DNA of 57,651 nucleotides, the filler included, from Stramenopiles sp. TOSAG23-2 (lineage: Eukaryota), in the NCBI GenBank assembly GCA_900128395.1. It is 3 parts of 3 records of this genome, joined end to end, with 100 filler letters (N's around TTAATTAATTAA, not from the genome) between each part and the next. Parts side by side here need not be neighbours in the genome. Positions count along the whole stretch, not along the records: positions 1 to 19,248 come from LT649587.1; positions 19,349 to 38,489 come from LT649589.1; 1 more part is not named here. One strand, 5' to 3'. The notes beneath the pieces were generated by a model that saw only the letters and a program-made list of their open reading frames with translations, made no database searches and was not told the DNA's origin. Below are positions 9,033 to 22,211 of this stretch, piece by piece; the stretch's first letter is position 1; the number at the start of each line of letters is the position of its first letter. The translations under genes and the position numbers were made by a program.

Positions 9033-11324
9033 ATGTTTCAATCATTGCAAGAATTCGACTTTTACAAAAAAGTACATAAAGATTTATATCAAACTAGTAC
9101 TGTAGGTGGACTTTTTTCAACATGTGCAGTCATTTCTGTTGCATTACTCTTTTTTCTAGAGCTAAATGCATATTTAACTATTAACCATATGAGTCAAATT
9201 ATATTGGATTCTGGTGGATATGAGCCGTTTGTTAGCATACGGTTTAATATGACGTTTCCACATTTGCCGTGTAAATACGTAAGTGCAGAGCTGCAAGACG
9301 TATATGGACACCATACATTGAATGAATCAACGAGTAGTAACGTTGATGTAAGAATATTTAAATGGCGTGTTGTGGACGAAGGGAAAAGACGTGTTAGTGT
9401 TATGGAAGAACATAAGGAACCAAATGATGCTGGGCATCATGAAATTTTGCCAGATGATCATCATATACATAGTATGCAAAAAATTGCAACAAATTTAACT
9501 GTTGCCACGTTTGATTCTTTCATACAAAAATATGACGTTGTTATGGTCGATTTCTATGCACCTTGGTGTATTTGGTGTCAACGTTTAGAACCTGTTTGGG
9601 AAAATACGGCATATGAAGCTAGTAAAAAAGATTATGCAGATTTTGTACGATTTGCAAAGGTTGATTGTACGACGAAAGAATGGGCACCGATATGCAGGAA
9701 AAAGAAAATATTTGCATATCCTAGCGTATTTATGTACCGTGATGGTAGATCAGATCGCCATCAACAATATCATGGTGCACGTACGACAACTGCATTTTTA
9801 TCATACATTGAAGATTTACCAGTTGAAACAGAGCAAGAAGAGCAACTATTAGATGAGGAACAACTGGTTAAAGAAGAAATAGAGCAGGAAGAATTAGGTA
9901 AAATAGGAGCAGCAGAGCGACATGCGAAAACGGCTGATAATTTGCCAATAGACCATGACATCAATCATCCCCTAAAAGCTGTAATGCCAAGAGGAAAAGA
10001 TAAACATGGTTTAAAAGCATTGATGTCCATTTTAAACATTTTGGCAAACAATGGTGGGGCACGTCAAGGTGGTACAATACGCGTGTTGCGTGCTAAAAAT
10101 GGTGGTTCAGTTCGTATCATATCAATAAGACGTATACCGTTCGGTAAACGCCACAAGATGAAAGGAAAGTTTATGAAGAAAAGTGGCACTGCAAACAGAC
10201 CAGAAAAAATTGGAATTAAAAAAGTATTAAAAAATGATCCAAATATTAAAATTAAAATTTTGCCAAGTAAGAAAGGCCAGCCATCCGCTAACCAACCTAC
10301 AACAGCTGAAGTATTAAAACAAGCAACAGAAGTAGCCAAGGCTGCCGACAAAGTGAAAGGAGTCGTAAAGACCGTGGAAGATGCTGCACAAAAAGCGAAG
10401 GACGCCGTCAAGCCATCTGGAAGAAGAAGACGGAGACGTTTGATGTCGGTAGCCGGTGATGGAAGCAGAATCTCGACGCAAGAATTAAGACAATTGAAAG
10501 ATGAATTTTTAGGTGAAAAAGATACGAATAAAAGACAAGCAATATGGAAAAACAAAGTTTTACAATTAGACGATGATTTGCAAAAAAGATTTCAAGATAT
10601 GTTGGATGGGAAAGAGGTAGAAGATGGTGAAGCAGAGTTACATCATCATGAAGAAGCAAAATTAGTAGCGGACCATGGAGACCATGAGCACCATGCAGAT
10701 GGTTCCAGAAAACCTGATTATGGGGATATATCTGGACGTGCACCAGAAGACCATCCACATCATGTTGGTCATACCGAGGGGTGTTTAATTTACGGTGCAG
10801 TAGCCGCGGAAAAAGTTCCCGGTACGCTACGAATCACTGCTAAGTCAAAATGGCATGATTTTGTTGGGCACCATATTGATTTGTCGCACACGATACATCA
10901 TTTATCATTTGGTGATTTAACCCACGTCCTACAGAATGAATTCGAACATATTGATTTTCATGAATATGAAGGTTTGAAATATATTTCTACATTAGGTGGA
11001 AAGTATTTTAAATCTGATGCTAATAAAATGACACATCATCATTATACAAAAGTTGTTAAAACAAAGTTTAAGTTGATGGATCAAATTCCCCCTGCATTAC
11101 GTGGACATGAACTTTTTCAATATACAGCATCGAGCCATCAATATGAAGATTATACGCATGTTCCATCCGTTAAAGTATCATTTGATTTTAGTCCAATGAC
11201 GTTATACTTTAAGGAGCATGGAACACCAATGTATAAATTTTTGACTTCTGTCTGTGCCATTATTGGTGGTGCAGTAACAGTATTTTCAATGGTAAATTCT
11301 ATTGTACAATCGATGAAAATTTAA
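9033..11324 (+). CDS. PDI-C/ERGIC-type protein (ERGIC_N + thioredoxin WCIWC + COPII-coated ERV domain)
   Basis: FDFYKKV...STVGG + TM + FNMTFPHLPC...D; DFYAPWCIWC; GCLIYG...KVPG, SHTIHHLSFG, FDFSPM, FLTSVCAIIGG. Likely start ATG 9033, because the upstream part of the track ORF is the inverted-repeat arm. Confidence 0.88.
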   Translation: MFQSLQEFDFYKKVHKDLYQTSTVGGLFSTCAVISVALLFFLELNAYLTINHMSQIILDSGGYEPFVSIRFNMTFPHLPCKYVSAELQDVYGHHTLNESTSSNVDVRIFKWRVVDEGKRRVSVMEEHKEPNDAGHHEILPDDHHIHSMQKIATNLTVATFDSFIQKYDVVMVDFYAPWCIWCQRLEPVWENTAYEASKKDYADFVRFAKVDCTTKEWAPICRKKKIFAYPSVFMYRDGRSDRHQQYHGARTTTAFLSYIEDLPVETEQEEQLLDEEQLVKEEIEQEELGKIGAAERHAKTADNLPIDHDINHPLKAVMPRGKDKHGLKALMSILNILANNGGARQGGTIRVLRAKNGGSVRIISIRRIPFGKRHKMKGKFMKKSGTANRPEKIGIKKVLKNDPNIKIKILPSKKGQPSANQPTTAEVLKQATEVAKAADKVKGVVKTVEDAAQKAKDAVKPSGRRRRRRLMSVAGDGSRISTQELRQLKDEFLGEKDTNKRQAIWKNKVLQLDDDLQKRFQDMLDGKEVEDGEAELHHHEEAKLVADHGDHEHHADGSRKPDYGDISGRAPEDHPHHVGHTEGCLIYGAVAAEKVPGTLRITAKSKWHDFVGHHIDLSHTIHHLSFGDLTHVLQNEFEHIDFHEYEGLKYISTLGGKYFKSDANKMTHHHYTKVVKTKFKLMDQIPPALRGHELFQYTASSHQYEDYTHVPSVKVSFDFSPMTLYFKEHGTPMYKFLTSVCAIIGGAVTVFSMVNSIVQSMKI

Positions 11325-11998
11325 AAATGTGGTCATAATAATTATCATATTTTTTGGGAGAGACGTTTTGTGCTTTTAAAAAAAAATATATAAAAAAAAA
11401 ATTTACGATTCGTAGATGTACCGACTTCGGTACATTTATATAAATATTAAAATACGAGTTTATTATACGTATATAAAAAATTCTCTTATTTATTAAGTTT
11501 AAAAATTGCGTATATATATGTGTTTTTCTCTTACTCATATATGTTATATATATATTTATATTTTTATACTTTATTTTTTATAATATCGTGCAATTAGAGC
11601 TTCCACTCTATTGTAGGATAGAGAATATTATTCCTTGAGATTGAGTATTGTGAGCATATTATTTAAATATAAGCATATGCATACCATGGGAAGTAAAATT
11701 ATTATCATGTACATATGTAAAGATATATAAATACACGTTTGTACGAATCAATATTTATGTACGTATATTTTTCGTAATAAAAAATATAATACGAAGGATT
11801 CGTAATATTTTTTTTTTATGTAACACTTTTTTAAATGGACGATTTTTCAAATATTTTTTTTAAAATATCATACCTTCTTTGTTTTCTCTTATAATTGTGC
11901 AATTCTTGTCCCAATGAAACGTTTAAATTAGTCGTTTTAATAAATAAACCAAGCATAAGTTAATTGATTCCAATTGAAAAAAAAAAAAAACTACTACT

Positions 11999-12733
11999 TT
12001 ATGCGGTTTCAGTACCATGTCCTTCCACGGTATCTAAGAAGTTATCGCTAATTGCAAACTCCTTTACTATCTTTTCATCATATTCTGAATATTGAGCAAA
12101 TAAATTATCTGCACGTCTATGTAACATGAAATCTGAATATGGTTTTAAACGCATATTTAACATCTGTGCACGTGCAAACTGAAAGCCTAACAAAGTAAAA
12201 CTTGCAGTACCAAGTACAGGTTCCATCCAGGTCCATGTCCATGCACCAGTTTCTAGCCACGTTTCAAGATCAGCTGGTGGTGGAATATCCGTAGTCACAT
12301 ATTTGTCGTTAAACCAAAGAGCAACATCCAAGTTAAATACCATAGGAATGGAACCAACACCGGTAAGCATTGCAGCGAATACACCGAGTTTATATGGAAA
12401 AGTTGCAACACCCATACCAGCTTTATTTGCAACTTCTATCTCAGTCAATTTTGGACCAGCGGCGTCCCAGTCGACATTATCAACAGCCATAATTTCCCTA
12501 CGAAGACGCTCTTTATTTGCTTCGTGTTCACCAAGCGCGCCCAGTTGCATCAGCATGTCATTTGGCATTTCGCAATACTCACGTGGCATATTTTGTGCTT
12601 CCTCAATAGTAGGTTTGGATATTTCATGGTTGTAATTACGGTGTGGAGTAAAAAAAGTAGCAGCATTTTTTGCTGCCATTCTACTAAAAGTAGATTTATT
12701 TACTAATACTTTTCTTGAAATTTGATTAAACAT
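11999..12733 (-). CDS. Hypothetical membrane protein, probably mitochondrial
   Basis: 244-aa ORF with a basic, S/R-rich N-terminus resembling a targeting peptide, two hydrophobic segments and a WLETGAWTWTWMEP motif. Confidence 0.7.
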   Translation of the reverse strand: MFNQISRKVLVNKSTFSRMAAKNAATFFTPHRNYNHEISKPTIEEAQNMPREYCEMPNDMLMQLGALGEHEANKERLRREIMAVDNVDWDAAGPKLTEIEVANKAGMGVATFPYKLGVFAAMLTGVGSIPMVFNLDVALWFNDKYVTTDIPPPADLETWLETGAWTWTWMEPVLGTASFTLLGFQFARAQMLNMRLKPYSDFMLHRRADNLFAQYSEYDEKIVKEFAISDNFLDTVEGHGTETA

Positions 12734-13771
12734 GTTTGTTTTTGTTTGAATGTTTTCTTACTTCTATATTTCTTGTTTTTGTTGTATATATATTTAGATG
12801 TATATATATAAATGTATATATATGTGTGTGTGTCTCTATGTTTACGTTGTTGATGCCAATCTTTATAATTTTGGATTTAAAATTATTAGAAGAAGATATA
12901 TAATGATGATGTGCTAATAATAATAATAAAATATGCTCCACTTTTGGGCATTGTAAGCCTATTTCTATGGTATTAACAAAATCTTTAATCAATCTTGCAT
13001 CACATCCTATACTCTTCCTACCACCGTGGTAATCCAGGTAATCCACCACTCCCCGCTGCTGGCCTTAGCTGGGCACAGTATTTTACCTCTATTCTGTATA
13101 ATAAATGAAATAAATTTAAATAATTAATTCCGAAGCAATTTCTTTTCTGTTTTGTTGTTGTACCAGGTATTGTGCTATTGTTGTATTGCGAGGTGCCGAG
13201 ATTGTAATACATCAGTATATGCTGGTATGTTGATGATAACGTCACCCTATGTCCTGTATGAATATTTCATACTTTACGAGGACCCAGAGGACATGGGACA
13301 ACATTTAGCAATAGTAGCAGCATCGTCTATTACTGTACTGATGGAGTAATATTATACAGTAGTGCATTTATTAATACTAAAAACCACAGATACATTGAAT
13401 AGCTATTATACTCCTCATACCAGAAGCATACACACAGTAGTATTATAATTATAACGATGTCATTTATATATATGTTATATTTAGTTAATAAATACTAAAG
13501 ATAACATATATATATATTGAATGAAAGAAGAATCATATTTATATTTAAATATAATTACATTCATACAAACATATTTATACATATATAGATATATAGATAT
13601 AGATATATCACAAAGAAAGAAAACGAAACTTAGTAAATTTATCAGTTGTTTGCTGTTGTTGGTTTTTATTTATTTTTCTTGTTAGTTCATTATTATTATC
13701 ATATAAACTTAGTTATACATATATTATATTTAGTACTATAATAATTTAACTGTTTTTAAAAAATAAAAAAA

Positions 13772-16072
13772 ATGTCTTCTAAAAAAAGCAAAAAGTTAGT
13801 TATAAAACCATTTCGACCAAATGCACAATGGAATGAAGATAAAGCAAAAAATGTATGGCAAGCATTGAGTAATGCTATTAAAGAGATACATAAAGAACGT
13901 GCTGGTTCGTTAAGTTTTGAAGAATTATATCGTAATGCATATAATTTAGTATTACAAAAACATGGTGATTTATTATATCGCGGTGTATCGGATCAAGTGA
14001 AAAATCATTTGCGTGTAGTTGGTAAACATGTTGCTCAGGCAACTGATGGTAATTTGCTTCAGCGATTAAATGAAGCATGGGAACGGCATACGACGACTAT
14101 GGTGATGATACGTGATATATTAATGTATATGGATAGAACCTATGTTATACAACAAAAAAAAGATGATGTATATAACTTAGGTTTAAAAATATTTTTAAGT
14201 GAAATTGCTCGACATCCACAAGTCAAAGAAAGATTATTAAATTTACTTTTAGGCGATATTCAATCAGAACGTTCAGGGGAGGTAATTGACCATAGTTTGA
14301 TTAAAAATGTCTTAGCAATGTTAGTTGCATTGGGTGTCAATTTTAACAACCATACACGAGATGTATATCAACAAGATTTTGAAAAACATTTTTTAAAAGC
14401 AACTGCTCAATTTTATATGAATGAATCCACACAATTTATTGCAAACAATACATGCCCTATGTATTTAATCAAAGCTGAAAAACGTTTGAAGGAAGAACAA
14501 GAACGGATTGTGAGGTATTTGGATGCAAGTACAGAACCTAAATTGATTAATATTGTACAGCGTGAATTGATATGTAAACGTGCTGAGATGTTAGTGAAAA
14601 TGGAAAATAGTGGTTGCGTAGCAATGTTTAAAGATGACAAATTGGAAGATTTACGGCGCATGTATTCCTTATTCAAAGGGGTTGATCAACGACAAAGTTC
14701 AGTCAATACATTGAAGAATATACAAGATGCATTGGATAATTATGCATATAAAAGTGGCCAAAGGCTGATCAAAGATGAGGAAAAGACAAAGGACCCTGTA
14801 GCATTTGTAGATGAAATTTTAAAAATGAGAGAGAAATTTGAAAAAATTGTGATTTATTCCTTTGAAAAGGATAAAGTATTTGAACGTACGCTTAAAACTG
14901 CGTTTGAACGATTTATTAATGAAGATAGTAGATGTGCAAGGTATTTAAGTTTGTACATTGATCATCTATTGAAGAAAAAGTTAAAAGGCATGACGGAAGG
15001 TGCAGTGGATGAACAATTGGATAAAGTCATTGTCATTTTTCGTTACTTATCAGACAAAGATGTTTTTGAAAATTTTTACAAGCAACATTTATCGAAACGT
15101 ATGTTGTCTGGGCGTAGTATATCGGAAGATGCAGAGCGTGGTATGATTAGCAAATTGAAAAAAGAATGTGGATACCAATTTACACAACGTATGGAAGGAA
15201 TGTTTAAAGATGTACATATATCAAAAGATATTTTAGATCAATTTCGCAAATCAAAATATTCCAATCGTAGCGATAAAAGTAAAAAAAGTAGCAGCAGTAG
15301 TAAAAGCAAAAGTGGCAATGTGGATTTGGAAGTGAAAGTATTAACATCAGGTTTTTGGCCAACACCACCTGTGCCACAATGTAATTTCCCTGCAAAACTT
15401 TCTGAATTAGCAGAACGTTTTAAAATGTTTTATTTAGAAAATCATTCTGGGCGTAAATTAACATGGCAATGCAATATGGGAACAGTTGATGTTCGTGCCA
15501 TTGGCTTTAAAAAGAAACATGAGTTCAACGTTAGTACATATCAAATGTGTATATTGGATCTATACAATAAAAACAACGAATATACCTTTCAAGATATATT
15601 AGATGAAACACAAATTCCACGCGATGAATTGAAACGTCATATAATATCAATGTCTTTATCAAAATTTCAAATATTGCGTAAGAAACCAAGAGATAAAGGT
15701 ATTAAAGATACGGATGTCTTTGCTATTAATTTTGATTTTAAAAGTAAAATGTATCGTGTTCGTGTACCATTAGTTACAATTAGTAGTAAAAGTAGTGGTA
15801 GCTCTGGTGGTAGTAGTAGTAAAGAATTGCATCAAATTTCAAAAGCAGTTGAACAAGATCGACGACATGCAATCGAAGCGTCCATTGTACGTGTGATGAA
15901 GACTAGAAGAACATTAGATCATAATACATTAGTTGCGGAAGTTACTAAGCAATTATCTTCTAAATTTGTTCCATCACCACAACATATTAAAAAAAGGATT
16001 GAAAGTTTAATTGAACGAGAATATTTAGAACGACAACGGGAGGATAGGAAAGTTTATAATTATTTAGCTTAA
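13772..16072 (+). CDS. CUL3: Cullin-3
   Basis: LSFEELYRNAYNLVLQKHG, MIRDILMYMDRTYV, KDVFENFYKQHL, neddylation site IVRVMK, IESLIEREYLER...YNYLA. Confidence 0.96.
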   Translation: MSSKKSKKLVIKPFRPNAQWNEDKAKNVWQALSNAIKEIHKERAGSLSFEELYRNAYNLVLQKHGDLLYRGVSDQVKNHLRVVGKHVAQATDGNLLQRLNEAWERHTTTMVMIRDILMYMDRTYVIQQKKDDVYNLGLKIFLSEIARHPQVKERLLNLLLGDIQSERSGEVIDHSLIKNVLAMLVALGVNFNNHTRDVYQQDFEKHFLKATAQFYMNESTQFIANNTCPMYLIKAEKRLKEEQERIVRYLDASTEPKLINIVQRELICKRAEMLVKMENSGCVAMFKDDKLEDLRRMYSLFKGVDQRQSSVNTLKNIQDALDNYAYKSGQRLIKDEEKTKDPVAFVDEILKMREKFEKIVIYSFEKDKVFERTLKTAFERFINEDSRCARYLSLYIDHLLKKKLKGMTEGAVDEQLDKVIVIFRYLSDKDVFENFYKQHLSKRMLSGRSISEDAERGMISKLKKECGYQFTQRMEGMFKDVHISKDILDQFRKSKYSNRSDKSKKSSSSSKSKSGNVDLEVKVLTSGFWPTPPVPQCNFPAKLSELAERFKMFYLENHSGRKLTWQCNMGTVDVRAIGFKKKHEFNVSTYQMCILDLYNKNNEYTFQDILDETQIPRDELKRHIISMSLSKFQILRKKPRDKGIKDTDVFAINFDFKSKMYRVRVPLVTISSKSSGSSGGSSSKELHQISKAVEQDRRHAIEASIVRVMKTRRTLDHNTLVAEVTKQLSSKFVPSPQHIKKRIESLIEREYLERQREDRKVYNYLA

Positions 16073-16239
16073 GAAATAAAGAGGATATTAGATATATATA
16101 TGCTCATTTCGATATGCAAATTTAGATGATAGATTTTACAATATAAAACTAATACTCTATAACATCAATAACAACAACGAGTACAATATCTAAACCTTTA
16201 GAAGCAGTTGTAAATAATATTACCTAAAAAAGAAACAAG

Positions 16240-17325
16240 ATGGAAACGCTTGCGATAATATTAATCATAGCAATTATATTTTTAATTGAAGAAGGACAAA
16301 GTAAATTATCATGCCTGGACAACAATTTAAGCGACGTGGATTGGTATAATGCAGTTAAAGTACCTGATGATTTCTTATTCAGTTACTTTGATCCAAGCTC
16401 ATCTCCAAATTCTCCACCTGGGTTGCAAATCTTTCCTGGGCATAACATGAATACAACCTCCAGTTCTGTCGGTGGTACGATAAATCAAGTTTTTCAAGAT
16501 AAAGATGTTGCATATGTAGCTTGGAATGATGAATGTCCAGATGATAATAACATAAAGAAAAATGGTTCTTCTATGTCAATACGAAGACGCCAATTATATC
16601 ATCAACGTGCACACTCAAAAGGTGTCATTGCATGGGATGGTGAAAGTGGATTTTGGTTAATACATTCCGTGCCAAAATATCCAGACTTTGATGATAGTAA
16701 ATATTCATGGTCTGGTGATATTAAAGGTAGAAACGCACAATCATTTTTATGTATTTCACTTGACAAAGACAACATTGAAAAATCTGCGTCTCAAGTGTTA
16801 TTCATGGATCCGGATGTATGTACATCGAATATGCCATCTGCTTTAAGTAGTGAAGTGCCAAATTTAACCGAGTTGGTAAATGGTGGTAAAACATCAATAT
16901 CAGATACTACAAGTGTGGAAAAAATTTCTAGTGTAAATGGTCAATCCTTTACATCTTTTGCAAAAACTACAGCCTTTAATAGCGATTTATACGAAGACCT
17001 CGTCATTCCAAAACTAGGAAGTTCATTTGAATGGCAAACATGGAGACGTGCCTCTGGCACACCGGAGGATTCGTATTGTAAAGGTGATTATGATAGTGAA
17101 AATGTATTGTATACATCATTTCCTTTTGATAATTTACAATGGCATTATACGAAAGATCATTCAAAATATGGAATTAGTTCTGGCGGTAGTGACTCTTATA
17201 TTTGTGTTGGTGGAATTAACCGAATGGTCTCACAGAGAAAACGTGGAGGTGGAACTGTTTGTTTTGAAAATGATGATTTGCATGATTCTATCTCTGCTTC
17301 CTTTTCTAACGTAGAAGAATGTTAA
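16240..17325 (+). CDS. DNASE2: Deoxyribonuclease II (secreted/lysosomal)
   Basis: Signal peptide; VDW, AHSKG and DHSK (two HxK motifs), GFWLIHSVPKYP, QSFLCIS, CVGGINRMVSQRKRGGGTVC. Confidence 0.92.
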   Translation: METLAIILIIAIIFLIEEGQSKLSCLDNNLSDVDWYNAVKVPDDFLFSYFDPSSSPNSPPGLQIFPGHNMNTTSSSVGGTINQVFQDKDVAYVAWNDECPDDNNIKKNGSSMSIRRRQLYHQRAHSKGVIAWDGESGFWLIHSVPKYPDFDDSKYSWSGDIKGRNAQSFLCISLDKDNIEKSASQVLFMDPDVCTSNMPSALSSEVPNLTELVNGGKTSISDTTSVEKISSVNGQSFTSFAKTTAFNSDLYEDLVIPKLGSSFEWQTWRRASGTPEDSYCKGDYDSENVLYTSFPFDNLQWHYTKDHSKYGISSGGSDSYICVGGINRMVSQRKRGGGTVCFENDDLHDSISASFSNVEEC

Positions 17326-17566
17326 AGCATTTAAAAATGAAACAATAAGTACAGAAAGTTGAGAAAGTGGTGTTGTGTGTCAATTTATTACATATTTTGA
17401 ATTGTTTTTTATTTACTAGATTCGTAATTCGGTTATAGATGTATTACTATTACTCTGGTCACCAGAGATTTTCCTTGCCAGTACCCTGACATATTACTAT
17501 GCTACTAGATGTATTTATTAGGTATTAGAGTATGAGCAAGCAAGAAAAGCAATAGACGGCCTTGTA

Positions 17567-18976
17567 GTGGCTGTAATGGATAGAAACAAAGGAGAACTAA
17601 CAATAGAATGCCCGTGTGCATACTACAACAATTTAAATAAAATGTTCAACGACGAAATTATAAATAAAACCAAAGATGAAGTAAAAAAACTAGTAATGGA
17701 AAAATACAACCCTTTTAAAAAAATAGCAACACTAAGAAAATATACGTACTACAATAAAAAACAATATACCACAAACATATCGAGACATGCGTATGTAGTA
17801 AGAAAAAACAAGGATGCAATGCGAGTACGACCTGTAGTACCACGATGTGGAACACCGTGGGAAAATATAGTGAAAATAACAGGAAAAATAATAACATATT
17901 GGATTGAAAATGCGACCATAAAAACGAAAAACTGGCACATGAAAAAAGCAACTGACATTAAACATCATTGGAAAATAGAAAAAACGCGAATCAGTAAGAA
18001 ATATGGTACGAAAACAAGATTTCTAATAAAACCTGGAGACCTGAAATCTTTCTTCACACATTGTCCACATGATCGAGCGATTAAAGCAATAGAATTTCTT
18101 AAATCAAAACAACAAAAAAACAGAACAAATTATTATAAAGTAAGAAGATTCGGAAGTGGTGGAGTATATAACATTAGAAGGAGAGATACCGACACACTTA
18201 AAGGAAAAACATATGCTACAATAACAACAGAGGAAGTGATGAAAATAGCTAAGATTATTACAGATAACCAATACTATATACTAGGTGACGGTGTGAGAAG
18301 ACAATATAAAGGATTTCCAATGGGAGATCAAGCATCACCCCCGTTCGCGAATGCAGATGCCACATACGAATGCGAACAATGGGCAATAAATAATCCAGAA
18401 AGTTTTGAAATAACAGCAGGTATACGGTTCGTTGACGACCTAGTACTTGTTGCAGCATATGAAGAGGGAAACGAAGAATCGAAAGAACATGCACAAAAAA
18501 TACTAGACGACATGTTTAAAGATAGCCAAGTAAACAAGAAGGGGCTATTCGGAAACCCAATACAACTATTACCAGAAGATGCGAATGAAGATGGTTCATT
18601 TGATTTTCTAGAAACCCGTATAAGCTTAATAAATAATGATACAGATCTACATATACGACACCTATCAAAAAATGAAACTGAAATAATAAATGATACAAAA
18701 TTAAAATTGAAAAAAGTAATACCAGCAACAAGCTACAATAGCAGTACAACAAAACGAGGCACATTAATAGGCACACTAATACGAATACATACACAATCAC
18801 CGGATGCACACGAAGACCAGTTTAACGACTTACAACATGCCATACAAATTGCCATGAAAGAGTACCTAATAATGGGATACAAATACAGAGATGTTATGGA
18901 TGCAATAGGGGTACTAAAACAACGAACAATGGATGAACGACTTAATAACATACGCATCATGCAAACAAAATTATAA
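17567..18976 (+). CDS. Penelope-like (TERT-related) reverse transcriptase
   Basis: VMDRNKG (ADK-type motif), RVRPVV, motif A GDLKSFFT, motif B RQYKGFPMGDQASPPFAN, motif C IRFVDDLV, motif E FDFLET, thumb KRGTLIGTLIRI...MGYKYRDVMDAI. Confidence 0.85.
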   Translation: MAVMDRNKGELTIECPCAYYNNLNKMFNDEIINKTKDEVKKLVMEKYNPFKKIATLRKYTYYNKKQYTTNISRHAYVVRKNKDAMRVRPVVPRCGTPWENIVKITGKIITYWIENATIKTKNWHMKKATDIKHHWKIEKTRISKKYGTKTRFLIKPGDLKSFFTHCPHDRAIKAIEFLKSKQQKNRTNYYKVRRFGSGGVYNIRRRDTDTLKGKTYATITTEEVMKIAKIITDNQYYILGDGVRRQYKGFPMGDQASPPFANADATYECEQWAINNPESFEITAGIRFVDDLVLVAAYEEGNEESKEHAQKILDDMFKDSQVNKKGLFGNPIQLLPEDANEDGSFDFLETRISLINNDTDLHIRHLSKNETEIINDTKLKLKKVIPATSYNSSTTKRGTLIGTLIRIHTQSPDAHEDQFNDLQHAIQIAMKEYLIMGYKYRDVMDAIGVLKQRTMDERLNNIRIMQTKL

Positions 18977-18999
18977 TTACAATAAACAATAATACAATA

Positions 19000-19055
19000 A
19001 GGCCCAACAATATCTAAAATAATAATAACAGTATCAGGCCCAACAATATCTAAAA
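19000..19055 (+). repeat. Two 20-bp direct repeats AGGCCCAACAATATCTAAAA just downstream of the RT stop
   Basis: Copies at 19000-19019 and 19036-19055. Confidence 0.85.
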
Positions 19056-19248
19056 ACCAATAATACGTAGTGTTAATATTAGAAAATAAAAACGAGGAGA
19101 CGAAAAAATAGAAAAAAGAAACTTTCAGCACAAAAAAAAGAGGCGTAAGTAAAGATACACAGACTTACACATATATATTAGATACACACACGCATATACA
19201 GAAATACTTATAACTAAAAAGAATAAAAATAAAAAAGAAAAACCAAAG

Positions 19249-19348
19249 NNNNNNNNNNNNNNNNNNNNNNNNNNNNNNNNNNNNNNNNNNNNTTAATTAA
19301 TTAANNNNNNNNNNNNNNNNNNNNNNNNNNNNNNNNNNNNNNNNNNNN
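19249..19348. other. Artificial contig linker (44 N + TTAATTAATTAA + 44 N)
   Basis: The 12-mer gives stops in all six frames; an identical linker sits at 38490-38589. Confidence 0.97.
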
Positions 19349-21788
<2,440 letters not shown>

Positions 21789-22211
21789 CCTGTATGAGCT
21801 GGAGTGGTGCATAGTGTGGTTTTAAATATTACACACTCTCGTATATTTTTATTTAAACTTTTAAGCTTAAAATTTTAAATAAAATAAAATATATAGACCG
21901 TATCTCAAATACCATGCGCATATATATACGTATATCTCTGTTTCTTCTTTTATTCACACCACGCACATTAAACATCTTAAATCACATATGTAAAATGTAA
22001 ATGTGATTTGGCCGTTAGTCATATTTATTATTTTGTCATTTTTTTGAAAAAGTTAAAGGTGGTGGAGGTGGTGCAAAAGAAATTTGTGATGTTAAATATA
22101 ATAATGCTATTCCTATGCTAGTTTCAGCACAATTTTCTGTCCACCTCTAGCACCTCTGTGGTCTGCAAATAATATAATAATTTATACAAATAGAAGAACA
22201 ACACAAAAAAA

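Larger units (their letters stand above)
17522..19248 (+). mobile_element. 5'-truncated Penelope-like retroelement (RT ORF plus A-rich 3' region), running to the contig end
   Basis: Frame open 17522-18976 with no initiating ATG at its start. Strongly A-rich sense strand unlike neighbouring genes. No GIY-YIG after the thumb. 20-bp direct repeats follow the stop. Confidence 0.72.

Noticed and set aside
16240-18976. DNase II next to an RT as a retron-like or defence pair, or as the element's nuclease
   Set aside because: DNase II has a signal peptide and host-like composition; the RT is a 5'-truncated, A-skewed insertion downstream of it, and no shared ncRNA or repeat was found.
18977-19248. 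Hammerhead ribozyme or telomeric repeats at the PLE 3' end
   Set aside because: No CTGANGA...GAAA core or tandem telomere-like repeat seen on either strand by eye.
19293-19304. TTAATTAATTAA as a biological motif (also 38534-38545)
   Set aside because: Synthetic all-frame stop linker inside N runs.
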